DNA of 64,000 nt from Eledone cirrhosa (lineage: Eukaryota): the NCBI GenBank assembly GCA_964016885.1, contig OZ024747.1, positions 60,140,001 through 60,204,000 of the forward strand. The letters are read 5' to 3'. Shown here piece by piece: positions 26,554-39,592 of this stretch (its first letter is position 1; the number at the start of each line of letters is the position of its first letter). The notes under the pieces were generated by a model that worked only from the letters and a program-made list of their open reading frames with translations, searched no databases and was not told where the DNA came from. The position numbers and the translations under genes are program-made.

Positions 26554-26665
26554 GTGTTCCTTGATGGGATATGATTTGAACAGGCATTGGTTGGAGCCAA
26601 ACCCCTGGGCCCACCCAACACTCTATGCAACAAAAAATGTCCTTATGGAAGCAGACAACAGCGAG
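26554..26665 (+). CDS. Candidate host-gene exon (112 bp), unknown protein
   Basis: Acceptor TTTTCTTTATCTTTACTAG|G, donor GAG|GTAAGT; one open frame [37 protein letters not shown]; non-repetitive and GC-richer than flanks; protein not recognised. Confidence 0.5.
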
Positions 26666-26871
26666 GTAAGTCAATTTCTCCTATTGAATTATTCAAGCTT
26701 GGAAAGTATATATATGTAAAGTATATGTAAAGTATATATATATATATATATGGAGGCACATGGCTTAGTGGTTAGAGCATTGGCCTTGCAATCGAAAGGT
26801 TGTGAGTTCTCAGACCGGGTGATGTGATACCACCCTTGCAAGCAGGGAAAAGCGGATGTAAAATGAAATGA

Positions 26872-26929
<58 letters not shown>

Positions 26930-27041
26930 ATGTTTATTATAAGTACAGATTAAAGATCAAGCAAAGAAGCACTACTTTCACCCTTTACAGGATCTTCTGA
27001 AACTCTTTAATCAGTACTTATAATAAATATTTGCTCTACGG

Positions 27042-27124
<83 letters not shown>

Positions 27125-28539
27125 CCTTATCGAGCTCTCTTCGGATTTTAGTCTTCACATTTATTATTACTATATATATATACTCTATATATACATATAT
27201 ATATATTCTCCTCTTCCTGCTTACCTCCCATTGCTATTATTTAAAAAGAAGCTCAAATGCTCAAACATGCCTTTAATTTTTCTTCTTTTTTTCATTTTGT
27301 TTTTCCTTGATTTCCTGCATTTCTGAAGAAGAAATGTTTATTTACTAACATTTTTTCACATCTCTTGTGTATTAAACTAATATTCTCAGTTTTGTCTACC
27401 TTTCATCTTGTTTTTATTTTTTCTTGTAGTTTATTCACCATATATGAAAGTATTTGATTCAAATTATAAACACCATATTTTTATTATTATGATTTTATAC
27501 CCAAGTCATTAAACAATGTTTTATTATTTCCGACAATTATACTTTATTAATAAATTGTTCTGTACACTACAAAATACATTTATATATATATATGGGTTTT
27601 TAATGGTTTTTAATGTAGGAATATTTTGAAATAAGCAGAAAGGAAAGATATACAGCTGTTTGTACATTTATTGTGGTTGAGGGCAAAAAATAGACCCTCT
27701 TGCTGTTTTTGGAAGAGAGAGTTGTAGTTTAGCTGGAAGCAATGAGAATATGGACAGTGACTATGTATCATAGCTGACCTTTGAATAGAAAAACATTTTG
27801 GATTGGTGTCAAAATGCCCCATGGAATTCTGGACATCACCTAACATCTAGTTTCTGATACCTAAAATCACAAGTAAACAACACAAGTGTCTCATTTAGTA
27901 GATGCATTTTATATCACCTGTTCTAACTGGTGTATTTGGGTTAATTTCTAAGTATGCTGATACAAACATTGTTTAAATATAATTAAGTGATGTAAATAAT
28001 TTCAGAAAAATTATTTATTTAATTAAAATGTTTTTCATATTTGTTGAATTTGTTGCATATACTTTCAGGAAAATCTGATATTTATGTGATAAATCCGATA
28101 CCATCATTTATCTAAATTTTCATAATGAATATTTCAAGATTATGTTTTCTTGGTTGATTTTGCTCTTGCAGAATTTTTAACATTAAAATCTATTCAGTTT
28201 ATTTTTTCATTGTTGATCTGTGGGTAGTTAAGGTGTATCTATGCATTCTGAATATATAGGTGGGATTTCAATCTCAACTTGGGGACAAGCAATGGATTTT
28301 TTTTTATGATAGCAACTTTTGAATAAGGAAATTTAAGGTTTAGTTTGAGAAAAATATTATGAAACTTTTATATGGATAATTTTAATTGTGATTGATACAG
28401 ATATATAGATATAGATATAAAATACATCACTTTTATCAGTTGGTTTGTGTATCTATTTCTCTTATATATATAAATATATATATGTGCCTGGGGATACTGT
28501 ATTTATAGGGATATAACATCATCATATATATATATTATA

Positions 28540-28703
28540 TATATGTATCTTTATATGGATATGTATATATATATATCTTTATATGGATATGTATATATAT
28601 ATATCTTTATATGGATATGTATTTATATATTATATATATATATATCTTTATATGGATATGTATATATATATTATATATATGTATCTTTATATGGATATGT
28701 ATA

Positions 28704-28741
<38 letters not shown>

Positions 28742-28945
28742 TTATATGGATATGTATATATATATTATATATATATATGTATCTTTATATGGATATGTAT
28801 ATATATATTATATATATATATATATATATCTTTATATGGATATGTATATATATATTATATATATATATATATATCTATATATAGATATGGATATGTATAT
28901 ATATATTATATATATGTATCTTTATATGGATATGTATATATATAT
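28540..28945. repeat. Minisatellite TATCTTTATATGGATATG + variable (TA)n
   Basis: About ten copies read directly. Confidence 0.92.
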
Positions 28946-29533
28946 ACATATATATTAAAAGATTGGATGTCATATTCAGTTGATTCAGGCTTATTTAAAA
29001 CTCTGTTATATGTATTTCACAGAGGACTATCGTTTACCATAGCCTGAGTTCTTCAGATGACAAAACCTAAAATAAACATTGAAAGTTCCTAAGATACCTT
29101 TAAATTCGGAAAGATCCAATAATCTCCCCGAAAAAAACTTTTCTTTTCAAGATACAGAGGCCTGGCTGAATGCATGGTTCTTGTTTCTTCGACAGTAGCC
29201 AGATAAAATATAGACCCGTTTGTACTTATTTCCTTTTCTTTTTTCTCTATAACTTTCTTCTGTTTTTCCAAGAAGGTGCCTATCCAAAACATGAAAATAA
29301 CTTCATTCCATGAGTCCAAGACTCTTACCATAATTGCATTAATTCATGGTGTTATTTTCATTACACATCTATTTCTGTATATACCTACACATATATGTGT
29401 GTGTGTTTATATGTATATGCATGTGTGTGTATGTGTATATATACATATATGTATGTATATATATATATGTGTATATATGTATATGTATATATATATATGT
29501 ATAAATATATGTATATATATGTATATATATATG

Positions 29534-29564
<31 letters not shown>

Positions 29565-29883
29565 GTATTTATATGTATATATATATGTATATATATATAT
29601 ATGTATATAAATATATATGTGTATATATGTATATATATATATATGTGTGTGAGTGTGTGTATGTATTTATATATATATATATATATATTATTTATATGCA
29701 TACATATAACAGTTGTAAATAATCTTTGCCAACAACCTTTACTGTTTAGTTTTGTATAAATCTGTAATCATTCTTGTTTTATTTATCTCAGAAATTTCTT
29801 CCTTTTTTCTGTGTCACCTTTAGGGTGAAGACATTTAATATATGGACATTTATTTCTGTAATAAATGTATATATAACGTCTGC

Positions 29884-29939
<56 letters not shown>

Positions 29940-30877
29940 TTAACATATAACTTGCTGAGCTAAAGGTCTATATTTTGGCTGTATAAATACAAAAATAGAG
30001 AACAAAATATAGTGTTTTTTAAAACAACTTTTATTAACTACCTTGCTATTTTTTCTTTCTTTTTATATAACTTTGTAATGTTTGAATATTACTATTTTAA
30101 ATGACTACTGTATATCTAAATCAATCTCTCTCTCTCTCTTCACCACACACACACACATATATATGTGTATATATATATATAGATATATTTATCTGCTTCT
30201 CCCATATGTCTGGGTTCATTGAACCATTCTGTTCGATTTTTTTTCCTCTAGTAGCAAATTTTTATTATTTTAAACACCTTTCAGTCGTATTATTTGTCAT
30301 ATTTACCTTCTTTTTCCTTCTTTTTGTTTCTTTTTCTTTCTTTTTTTAAGCCATTGCTTATCATTCGACATTTCATTGCTTGGGTTTCACTGAATCAATA
30401 AAATAAATATTGGATTCATATATCATCATTGTTTCATGTATACTTTCCATGCTTGCATAGCTTAGATGGGTTGTTACATTCTGATGCTAGACATGGTAGA
30501 TGACTGCACCTTACTCATATGTTTCACTTTGGAAAGGTTTCTATAGCTGGATGCCTTTCTTAACACCAACCACTTCCAGATATGTACCGAGAGTGTTTTT
30601 ATCATGATACTACCACTATCACATGATAGGACTGACCCTGTGTTTTTATCTTGCCACCAGCACTACCATTTTACAGAATGGATTGAGTGTATTTATTGTG
30701 GCACCATCATGACCAATTTTGACATTGGGGGGTGGAATATAGTGTCCTCAACTAGGATGGAGGCTCAGTGGAAGGGATGGAGACCTAAATACTATTTGAC
30801 CTCTCTGCATTTTACTTCCACACACGCATATATGAGTGTGTGTGTATATATATATTTAGAGAGAGAGGGAACAGTCT

Positions 30878-30983
30878 ACTCTCTCTGATGAAGTGCAATA
30901 CTTTATGTAATGCTTGCAATTGAGCATAGGACTATGCAGTTAGCACTCATAGACTGATGTTGTATAGAAACATATGTTAAGGA
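30878..30983 (+). ncRNA. Degenerate hammerhead-ribozyme motif
   Basis: CTGATGA (30885) ... GAAA (30967) followed by palindromic ACATATGT; stem I weak. Confidence 0.4.
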
Positions 30984-31065
30984 ACAAACTCTAAATACAT
31001 TTTCTCCTTCTAATCATTAATTCTTGTCTAGTCATTTTTGTTTTTCCTGGTACTATACCTTTTAC

Positions 31066-31106
<41 letters not shown>

Positions 31107-31214
31107 CCTAAAATCAGTTCTGTAGGAGCAAGATATGGTCACCTGACCTGGCATTGGATAACTCGTCCAATCCATGCTAGCATGGAAGAATGGACGTAAA
31201 ACAGTGATGATGAT

Positions 31215-31408
31215 ATATAAATGGCTTCTACAGGACTAGAACTGTTTCTTCATTCAAAAGAAATCATCAAGAAATGATGATTTCTTGTGAATGAATCGGT
31301 TCTAGTCCTGGAGAAGCCATTTCTATATTAAACTCAATGTTTGCATTCTATAAATGTATTGAGTACTTTACTAACTGAGTCCCTCCATTTAAACCTAGGA
31401 TTCACACT
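31215..31408 (+). mobile_element. (TA)n-anchored hairpin element, probable Penelope-like remnant
   Basis: AAATGGCTTCTACAGGACTAGAAC ... GTTCTAGTCCTGGAGAAGCCATTT fold-back containing TGATGA..GAAAC; single-arm copy at ~21005-21054. Confidence 0.7.
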
Positions 31409-31440
31409 TATATATATATATACATATATATATAATATGT

Positions 31441-31750
31441 ATCATCATCATCATTTCATTTTACGTCCGCTTTTTCCCTGCTTGCAAGGGTGGGACGGGA
31501 ACTGATTCTGGCTCGATTTTTACAGCTGGATGCCCTTCCTAACACCAACCTCATTTACAGTGAGTGCTGGGTGCTTTTTTGCTGTGGCACCTCCACGACC
31601 ACTTTGCAGTGGAATGATAGGACTCTCATTTCTACAGCTGAGTAAACTGGAGCAATGTGAAATAAAGTGTCTTCCTCAAGGAAACAACACATCACCCGGT
31701 CTGCGAATTGAACTCACAACCTTTCGATTGCAAGGCCAATGTGCCTCCAT
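31441..31750 (-). mobile_element. tRNA-SINE family B
   Basis: Same sequence as 18970-19337; lies head-to-head with a SINE head at 31868-31930. Confidence 0.88.
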
Positions 31751-31751
31751 G

Positions 31752-31869
<118 letters not shown>

Positions 31870-32195
31870 GAGGCACATGGCTTAGTGGGTAGAGCATTGG
31901 CCTTGCAATCGAAAGGTTGTGAGTTCAATTATATATATATATATATATATGAGAAAGAGAGAGTGGGACATGCAGTGTTGTAGTGAACATTTCTCCTCCA
32001 TTGTAATATAATTTCAAATAAACTACTAGACAGTCGTATCCTTGTAGGTTGTAGTTTAATCTCGTAATGTTTGCCTGCTCTAAATTAAAACATTGTCCGC
32101 CTGTCATATAGATTTCATGCTGGAATTTACAAACTGTTCAGATGTCGACTGTTTTTGTTCATGTGAGATAACTTTGTGCACTGTTTCTCTTTCAG

Positions 32196-32216
32196 GCATG
32201 CAATGGAAATTATTAA
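32196..32216 (+). CDS. Possible terminal coding exon (ACNGNY*)
   Basis: Strong acceptor CTGTTTCTCTTTCAG|G, phase-compatible with the donor at 26665; very short, speculative. Confidence 0.22.
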   Translation, partial: ACNGNY

Positions 32217-32600
32217 TGATATATTAATTATTGATGTCATTATTCTAAGTTTTAACTCTGTTCAATTATAGTATTTTGTTTTAGACATGTTCCTCGTGTC
32301 ATGTCTGTGTCTTGTTTTAGAATGACTAGAAAGTCTCTATTGTAGATTAGTGATGATAAATTAATTACTGTTTCACAGCTCTGACTCACAGATGAATCTA
32401 GTGTTTGCCTGAGTTTAAATAGAATTTGGTCGATCTTTTAAACAGCAGCAGTTTTTGCCAGAAATCTACTTCTTTTTCTTTAGTTAGAAATTATATTGGC
32501 TGAATTGAATCCTGAATCATATTTTATTTTTATCTTCTAATATAGTTTTAACTGATTGAAGAATTTATTGTATTGGCTGTCACTCCTTCTAAGGTATTAA

Positions 32601-32854
32601 CCTCTTTGATACCAAACCATCTGCAACTGTCCTTGTGTTTATCATACAAAACTAGCTATTTTAAAATGTTTATTTTCATATTAAAGCCTTCCATCATAGT
32701 TTTATTTCAGAATTGTTTAAGTAATATTCTAAATATCAGCTTGCTATTGAAAAACTTAGTCATCTTATTAAATTCCTCCAAATATTTTGTTATCTAAGGA
32801 ATTAACTCAAACACACAGGCAGCATATTTTATTAGAAATATGGTAATAAAAGGA
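32601..32854. mobile_element. Decayed TTAA-flanked piggyBac-type MITE
   Basis: TTAA|CCTCTTTGATACC ... GGTAATAAAAGGA|TTAA; related copy at 49260-49492. Confidence 0.65.
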
Positions 32855-33867
32855 TTAAGTAAACAGTAATAGAGAAAGCCTCAAGCAAACACTTAATTTG
32901 TTGAGAGTTACAAAAGGAAAGTGTATGGCTTAGTGGTTAGAGCATTGGGCATGAAATCATGAGGTTGTGAGTTCGATCTCAGGTCACGTGATGCATTGTG
33001 TCCATGAGCAAGACACTATATTTCATGTTGCTCCAGTTGTAGAAATGAGATGCAATGTCACTGGTGCTAAGCTATATTGACCGTTGTCTTACCCTTGGAC
33101 AACATCGGTGGCATGGGGAGGGGAGAATGGTATGCATGGGCGACTGCTGGTCTTCCACAAATAACCTTGCCTGGACTTGTGCTTTGGAGGAGAACTTTCT
33201 AGATAAAAAAATCCCATGGTCATTCATGACTGAAGGGAGTCTTTACTCTTTTACAAAAAGAAAAGAATTTAAAAAATGAAGACCCAAGAGGAAAGACCTT
33301 TTGATAATCTATCAAACGACTAAAAGAGATTATTGATAGGCCCCATAATCCATGAAGTAAGATCAAAGTTCAGCATTTTACACAGGAAGCAATTATTAAG
33401 ACATCAGTTCCTATGTGAAACTGGTACAATATTGAGCAATAATATATAAATTCATTTCACCCTAAACCATTTCAGAATTACTAAACACTTACATGTCTTT
33501 GATTAGGTACTTTAGTTAAAAAAGGCAATCAATACATATGTGAAAGTGACGTCTGAATGAGTATCCTCCATTACCAACTAACTGAACCTCTGCCTCTGGG
33601 TCCCAGCCGACAGGATGGAGAATACATTTCTCCGGAGAACAGAGAGAGAGACGTGCTGGAACAGCCACTTCACCTCGCGGGGCTCGCACACTAAATCCAT
33701 TGTTTCTGTAGTATTTCCCTGTAAATTGAAATTTTGTAGTTCAATGAGAATATATTTCCATTCCAAAGGAGCTGGTCATACAGAAATTACCTGCAGTAAA
33801 CCATGGTGATTTCTCACTCAGGCACGTACAAGGCTAGAAAATTTGGGGAAAGGGCAAATATGATTAA

Positions 33868-34311
33868 CCCTTTCAATACCTCATTTCTATTGAAATACAC
33901 TTTATTTTAATTAATTAATAAAGAATAATGAGTGATTTACTAAAATTATTAATTATATCATTACTAAGATAGTAACTTAATGTATAGTTCTTTTATAAGA
34001 TTATGTTAGAAGATTTTAATTTTAATTGGAAACATTTAAAATGGGTGGCTTTATTTAATAGACCTGGAGTCAGTTTTGGGTGGATTGGTAACTAAGGTGT
34101 TAACCCTTTAGCATACAAACCAGCTGTATCTGGCCAGAATTCTCTCATCTCTTTCTGTTCAAATCGATTGTAACTGGCTACTCATACTGATGTTAAGGTA
34201 TTCTTCTCAAAATAAATCATATCAAAATCTCATAGATTCAATATTATGTGTGATAAAGCCTTTACACCGAACATTCAATAGATTAAATAGAGTTATGTAA
34301 ATGTTAAAGGG
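33868..34311. mobile_element. Two tandem piggyBac-type MITEs (33868-34099, 34104-34311) sharing a TTAA, inside a SINE A copy
   Basis: TTAA|CCCTTT...GGTG|TTAA|CCCTTTAGCAT...ATGTTAAAGGG|TTAA; SINE sequence resumes on both sides. Confidence 0.78.
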
Positions 34312-35511
34312 TTAAATCATCTCCAGTACTTGAATGCTACTTTATTTTATTGACCTTAGAAAGGTAAAATGAAAGGCAAAGTTGACATTCATGGGATTTG
34401 AGCTCAGAAAGTAAAGTGTCAGAAAACATACCACAATGTTATTTTATCAGATGCTCTACCAATTCTGCCAATCATCAACCCTCAGCCTGTATATTATATT
34501 ATTAGATGTCAGTCAGAAGGACTTTAAAATTATAGAAATGTCAATAAAATATTCTGTTAGGAATATTATACACCTTTAAAAATACTTTTGTCTGGCATTT
34601 GTACTAATAGCAGCTGCTAACTAATTATTTTGTTAAATGCAAATAATAATAATCTCATTATTTATCCCTATAAATTGATTCCTAACAAAATTTCAAAGAA
34701 TTTTCTACTTCTGTTTAAATTATATTTAGTTATGGCTTAGCTATTTACCCCAGTTTTATTAACCCGAAGTAAATACTTCCACTTTAATAGAGATGAAAGT
34801 AATTAAAGGGAAATTATCTTTTCTCATAGAGTTTACTAATTACTTTATGTTTACTTAATTTCTTAACTCTGAATACTTTGTAAACCATTAATAAAATGGA
34901 AGTTGATCCTCTCAGAGTTTATGTTATAAATGTTTAGAGAGATGAATGCACCACCTGTGAAGTCTGGGAAGATTCTCCAATAAGAGATCTTTTGTATATT
35001 AATAATAATCAACCTGTCAAATTGAATGGGAGATGTTGCTAGGATATTTCTCTTCTCTAATACCTGACTAAACTACTTCTTGAGGCATCAATTTGAAGTG
35101 AAGTATGAAGAAAGCACATCAAATCAAAATCAGCTTGTTGTATATATACAACGACAACAACAACATTAATATTCTGTCTAAATTGAGGAATTACACAGTG
35201 GTATCTACAAACATTGCTGCTTGATGTCTATTAGACAAATGTCGAAAGTAATTCTGCAGTAACTGTCTGATGAGTTATTTATTTCAGCAACTTTTCTTAA
35301 TTCTCATGGCTGTAAATATAGTTTTACTGCTTTTAACAAAGCTTTCTCCCATTACTTAGGGAGTGACTAAGCTGCTGAGATAGTTTATAGAATCTACATC
35401 TGTCTATTAAACCTGTTCAAATATATATAGCTAGGTCAGTTATGGCTGGTAAAAACAATAAAATATAAATATATAGCTAGGTCAGTTGTATCTGGTAAAG
35501 ACAGTAGAGTG

Positions 35512-35552
<41 letters not shown>

Positions 35553-35658
35553 GTATATATATATATATTCCGTGATAGGGTGAAAGCAGAATTTCTTTGC
35601 TTAAACTTTAATCTGTACAAATAATGAATATTTGCTCTACAGTTATATATACTTTTAA

Positions 35659-35722
<64 letters not shown>

Positions 35723-35819
35723 CATATATATATCCTTATCGAATAATCTTCGGATTTTGATCTTTGTAATTATTATTATTATATAGTTATGTCTCTTTAC
35801 GATCTGAATTCGAATCCCG

Positions 35820-35930
35820 GCTGACAGCACCTCCATGCCTGTAGAGTTTATCCTGAACTGGCAAAGCTCCTCGGTAGCACTGCCAGGCCAAGGATTTCTG
35901 GAAGTTGTCCACAGGCCCCGGCCCGAAAGT
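35820..35930 (-). mobile_element. L1/Tx1-clade ORF2 fragment (zf-RVT region)
   Basis: TFGPGPVDNFQKSLAWQCYRGALPVQDKLYRHGGAVS in the ORF track; W...RGALP...L.RHG precedes the CCHC knuckle in L1/Tx1 ORF2. Confidence 0.72.
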
Positions 35931-36356
35931 AAATATGATACAACCAATATTATAAGCATGTTGTAACAAACTGGAAAAAAAATAGTTAATATAAATTTTA
36001 AAAATCATATATAAATTAACAATATAAGTTACCAAAACGAGAAAAGTATTTTCATGATAAACGACGAAATACAGGAGGAAGATTCGAAAGCGAAACGATA
36101 AATAAACGTGCAAACAAAATAGCGGATGATTTTGAGCAACAATTACACTCGTTGGTTGATTAGCCAATAAGACGATGAAATTAGCCAATAAGATGATACA
36201 TTACAAAACATTACAATGTTTGACAGCGATCATCACCACGGCCAGCAACACCCCTTCAATTTTTTATTCACAAGCTACGCATATATGTCAGACACGCAGA
36301 CTTAAAACATTCTGTTGTTAGTCACTGCGTGTCTAACAGATATATATATATATATA

Positions 36357-36650
36357 TCATCATCATCACCGTTTTACGTCCGTTCTTCCACGCTAGCATG
36401 GGTTAGACGGGTTGTCCTGTTGTGGGCAGTGTCTGGTCGGCTGACCATGCCTTGCTCATACAGGAACTGATCTGGCTTGATTTCTACAGCTGGATGCCCT
36501 TCCTAACACCAACCTCATTTACAGTGAGTGCTGGGTGCTTTTTCGTGGCGCCTACACGTCCACTTTACAGTGTGGGCTGGGTGCTTTTTTGCCGTGGCAC
36601 CTCCACGACCACCTTGCGGTGGGGGGGGGGGGGCATATTGTTTATATGCT
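36357..36650 (-). mobile_element. SINE family B-related 3' region abutting the RTE stop codon
   Basis: GGATGCCCTTCCTAACACCAACC, GCTAGCATGGGTTAGACGGG, (CAT)n tail. Confidence 0.8.
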
Positions 36651-37982
36651 TCAGCATGTACCCATGGGAGGTCGGGTACCCTGTATTACTGCGTGACGCC
36701 AGAAGTCACGGTCGTGTGTCATTGACTTTGAGAGGTGTAGTTGGGTAAGGTCGGCTCTTATCACCTCATCCCAAGTCATCTTGGGTCTCCCCACTCCGCG
36801 GTTTCCATCAACTTCTAGTGCTCTGCACCTTTTTATGCAGCTGTCATCCTTCATACGCATCACATGTCCATACCAGCGTAACCGCCTCTCCTGCACGCAG
36901 CATTTGATTCCTCTTATGCTCAGTCTCTCTCTCAATTCATTTATGCTTTGTCGTTCACGTATATTACTGTTACACATCCATCGGAGCATGCAGGCTTCGT
37001 TTCTCTCTAATCTACGTAAGTCTTCCACCTTCAGCGCCCAGGTCTCACTACCATGCAACATCGCTGTTCGGATACACGCATCATACAGTCTGCCTTTCAT
37101 TCTGAGGGAGAAGCCTTTTGCAGCTAGCAGTGGTAGTAGTTCCCTAAACTTCTTCCATCCCGTTCTTACCCTAGTTATTGTACTTTCTGAGCACCCACCT
37201 CCGTTGCTAATTCGGTCACCTAGGTAGCAGAAGCTGTCTACTGTTTCTACAGGGCCCTCCCAGAGATTGGTGGTACTTGTTTCCTGTGGCTGTTTGCTTG
37301 CTGTTTCAGCACAGCTGCTGCATGTGAATCCTACATTCTTAATTAAGCTTCCTGAGATCCCGCTACATCTCTTGTGTACCCATTGTTTGCATTTGGGGCA
37401 AAGAATGGAGTTCCTACCTACACCTTTCCTACATACTGAGCAAGGCCATTTCCCTGAGGGGATCTGGGTTCTGTTTTCTCGTCTACTTATAAGGACCTTA
37501 GTCTTTGTCATGTTGACTTTGAGGCCCTTTCTCTCTAGTCCCTGCTTCCAGGTTTGGAATTTATTCTCTAGTTCTACCATAGATTCAGCTATGAGTGCGA
37601 GGTCATCAGCATACAGGAGTTCCCATGGGCATCCGGTCTTAAACTCCTCCGTTATTGCCTGCAGGACTATGATGAACAGGAGAGGGCTAAGAACAGAGCC
37701 CTGGTGGACCCCAACCTGTACACTAAATTCCTCGCTATACTCATTGCCAATCCTAACTTTGCTGACTGCTCCCCTATACATGGCTTGTACCGCTTTCACA
37801 AGCCATTCATCTACTCCTAGTTTTCTAAGAGCCCACCAGATTACTGCACGTGGAACTCTGTCAAAGGCTTTCTCAAGGTCGACAAATGCCAAGTAGAGTG
37901 GCTTACTTTTAGCTAGGTACTTTTCCTGTAATTGCCTCACAAGGAAGAGCGCATCAGTGGTGCCTTTCCCTGGAACAAACCC

Positions 37983-37983
<1 letters not shown>
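36651..37983 (-). mobile_element. RTE-clade LINE, 5'-truncated; open reverse-transcriptase ORF (~443 aa) with PHD finger
   Basis: GFVPGKGTTD, AFVDLEKAFD, GVHQGSVLSPLLF, LLYADD, FCYLG, RLRWYGHV, GRPKMTW motifs, no internal stop; the ORF's first ~50 aa are microsatellite read-through. Confidence 0.96.
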
Positions 37984-38013
<30 letters not shown>

Positions 38014-38110
38014 TATATATATACACACACACATATATATACACACACACACATATATATATACACACACACACACACATATATATACACACACACACAT
38101 ATATATATAC

Positions 38111-38450
38111 ACAATAATATCCGCTTATGCACCCCAATCTGGTCTACCTGACGTTTTAAAGGACAGGTTCTATGAGATGCTAATGCACACTACCTCCCAA
38201 ATAACTGACAACGACTACTTAATTATTGCTGGTGATCTATGGAGTCTATGGGGTTGGAAATAGAAATGAGGAGGGCTTTAGAATCCTGGCTATCTGTGAC
38301 GCAAATAGCGTAAGTATCTGTAACGCAAACTTCAAAAAACGTGAAAACCACTTGATCACCTATAGATCAGGGGAAGACGCCAGCCAGATAGATTATATCC
38401 TTACTAGAAGACGGGACAAAGTGTCTGTTGTAAACACTAAATCCCTCCCC
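38111..38450 (+). mobile_element. RTE-type APE endonuclease fragment, inverted relative to the RT
   Basis: IISAYAPQSG...IIAGDL, deletion/frameshift at ~38240, then GVGNRNEEG..NANFKKR..HLITY.SG...SQIDYIL. Confidence 0.9.
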
Positions 38451-39085
38451 CAGGGCGACGAAACCGTCCTGCACGCACTCGTCCAGTCTCCGAGCATTGC
38501 TGACTTGTGGGTTTATGTCGAACACCTGCTGTTGCATGTAGGACGGATCCCGCTATCAGCTGAGTCCATCGTGAGGATTGCCCCGCCCTCTTCCTTTAGC
38601 CAGGAAGGGCAGGCAGTTTTTATCTGTCTGGTGGCCATGGTGAAAGAGATAGTATGGTGGACACATTTGAAAGGTCTGAAGACGAGCACTTACCTCTTCG
38701 GTGATGCCCTGATTGACTTTTTCAAATTTCATTTGAAAAGGAAAATCAGGGTAGAGAGGGAAGTGCTCTCTTCCCAGCATTTTGTTGAAAGATGGGTGAG
38801 AGAGGCAAGAATGGCCCGAGTGAATGGGCCTACTCTGAGTATGTGTCTGTAAATTAAAGGTGGAAAACTGGGAGAGGGCACTTGCCCTGGTGGTCAGGGT
38901 CACTGTGGCTTTTTAATGTCCCTAGGAAGTCTCCCCCGTATTGGGGAATTTTTCATTGTTATTTTTTTGTTACATCCTCTGTTTTTGTTTTTACACGCAG
39001 AAATGCCCATTTGTACCGTCCTGTATTGTCCTTAATGTCTACTTTATGTAAACCCTTGTGGTTAATAAAGAAAGCATTATTATTA
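38451..39085 (+). mobile_element. L1/Tx1-clade LINE 3' end with UTR and (ATT)n tail
   Basis: DETVLHALVQSP..LW (second half of CCHC knuckle) to stop at 38852; T-rich UTR; AATAAA then (ATT)n. Confidence 0.78.
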
Positions 39086-39515
39086 TTACTATTATTATTA
39101 TTATTATTATTATCATTAATGATTACTTTTTGTCTATGTTGATATATTTCCATATATCTTCCGATGCTTTGCCGTCAGCCCCAGGTACGTATGGTGTTAT
39201 GTTTGGGTCATGTCAGGTGCATGTTTTTCTATGTTTTTCTATATCATTAATATTATTATGATAAACACACACACATACATAGAGATACATACATTGACAT
39301 ATATATATATATACATACATACATTGATATATATATATATATATATATATCACCGTCCAAACCCATGCAAGCGTGGAACATGGACGTTAAACGATGATGA
39401 TGATGATGATAATGATATATATGCATACATTCATTGACATATATGTTTCTATATATATATGCATACATTCATTGACATATATATATATATATATATATAT
39501 GTGTATATATATATA

Positions 39516-39548
<33 letters not shown>

Positions 39549-39557
39549 TTATATGTA

Positions 39558-39590
<33 letters not shown>

Positions 39591-39592
<2 letters not shown>

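Noticed and set aside
26751-26815. tRNA-like sequence with A and B boxes
   Set aside because: SINE head: no acceptor-stem closure, and it continues into SINE body and tail; same for other copies
29089-29331. 80-aa minus-strand ORF in unique sequence
   Set aside because: Weak donor, no recognisable homology; insufficient support
37984-38132. N-terminal part of the 493-aa ORF
   Set aside because: Microsatellite read-through, not part of the RT protein
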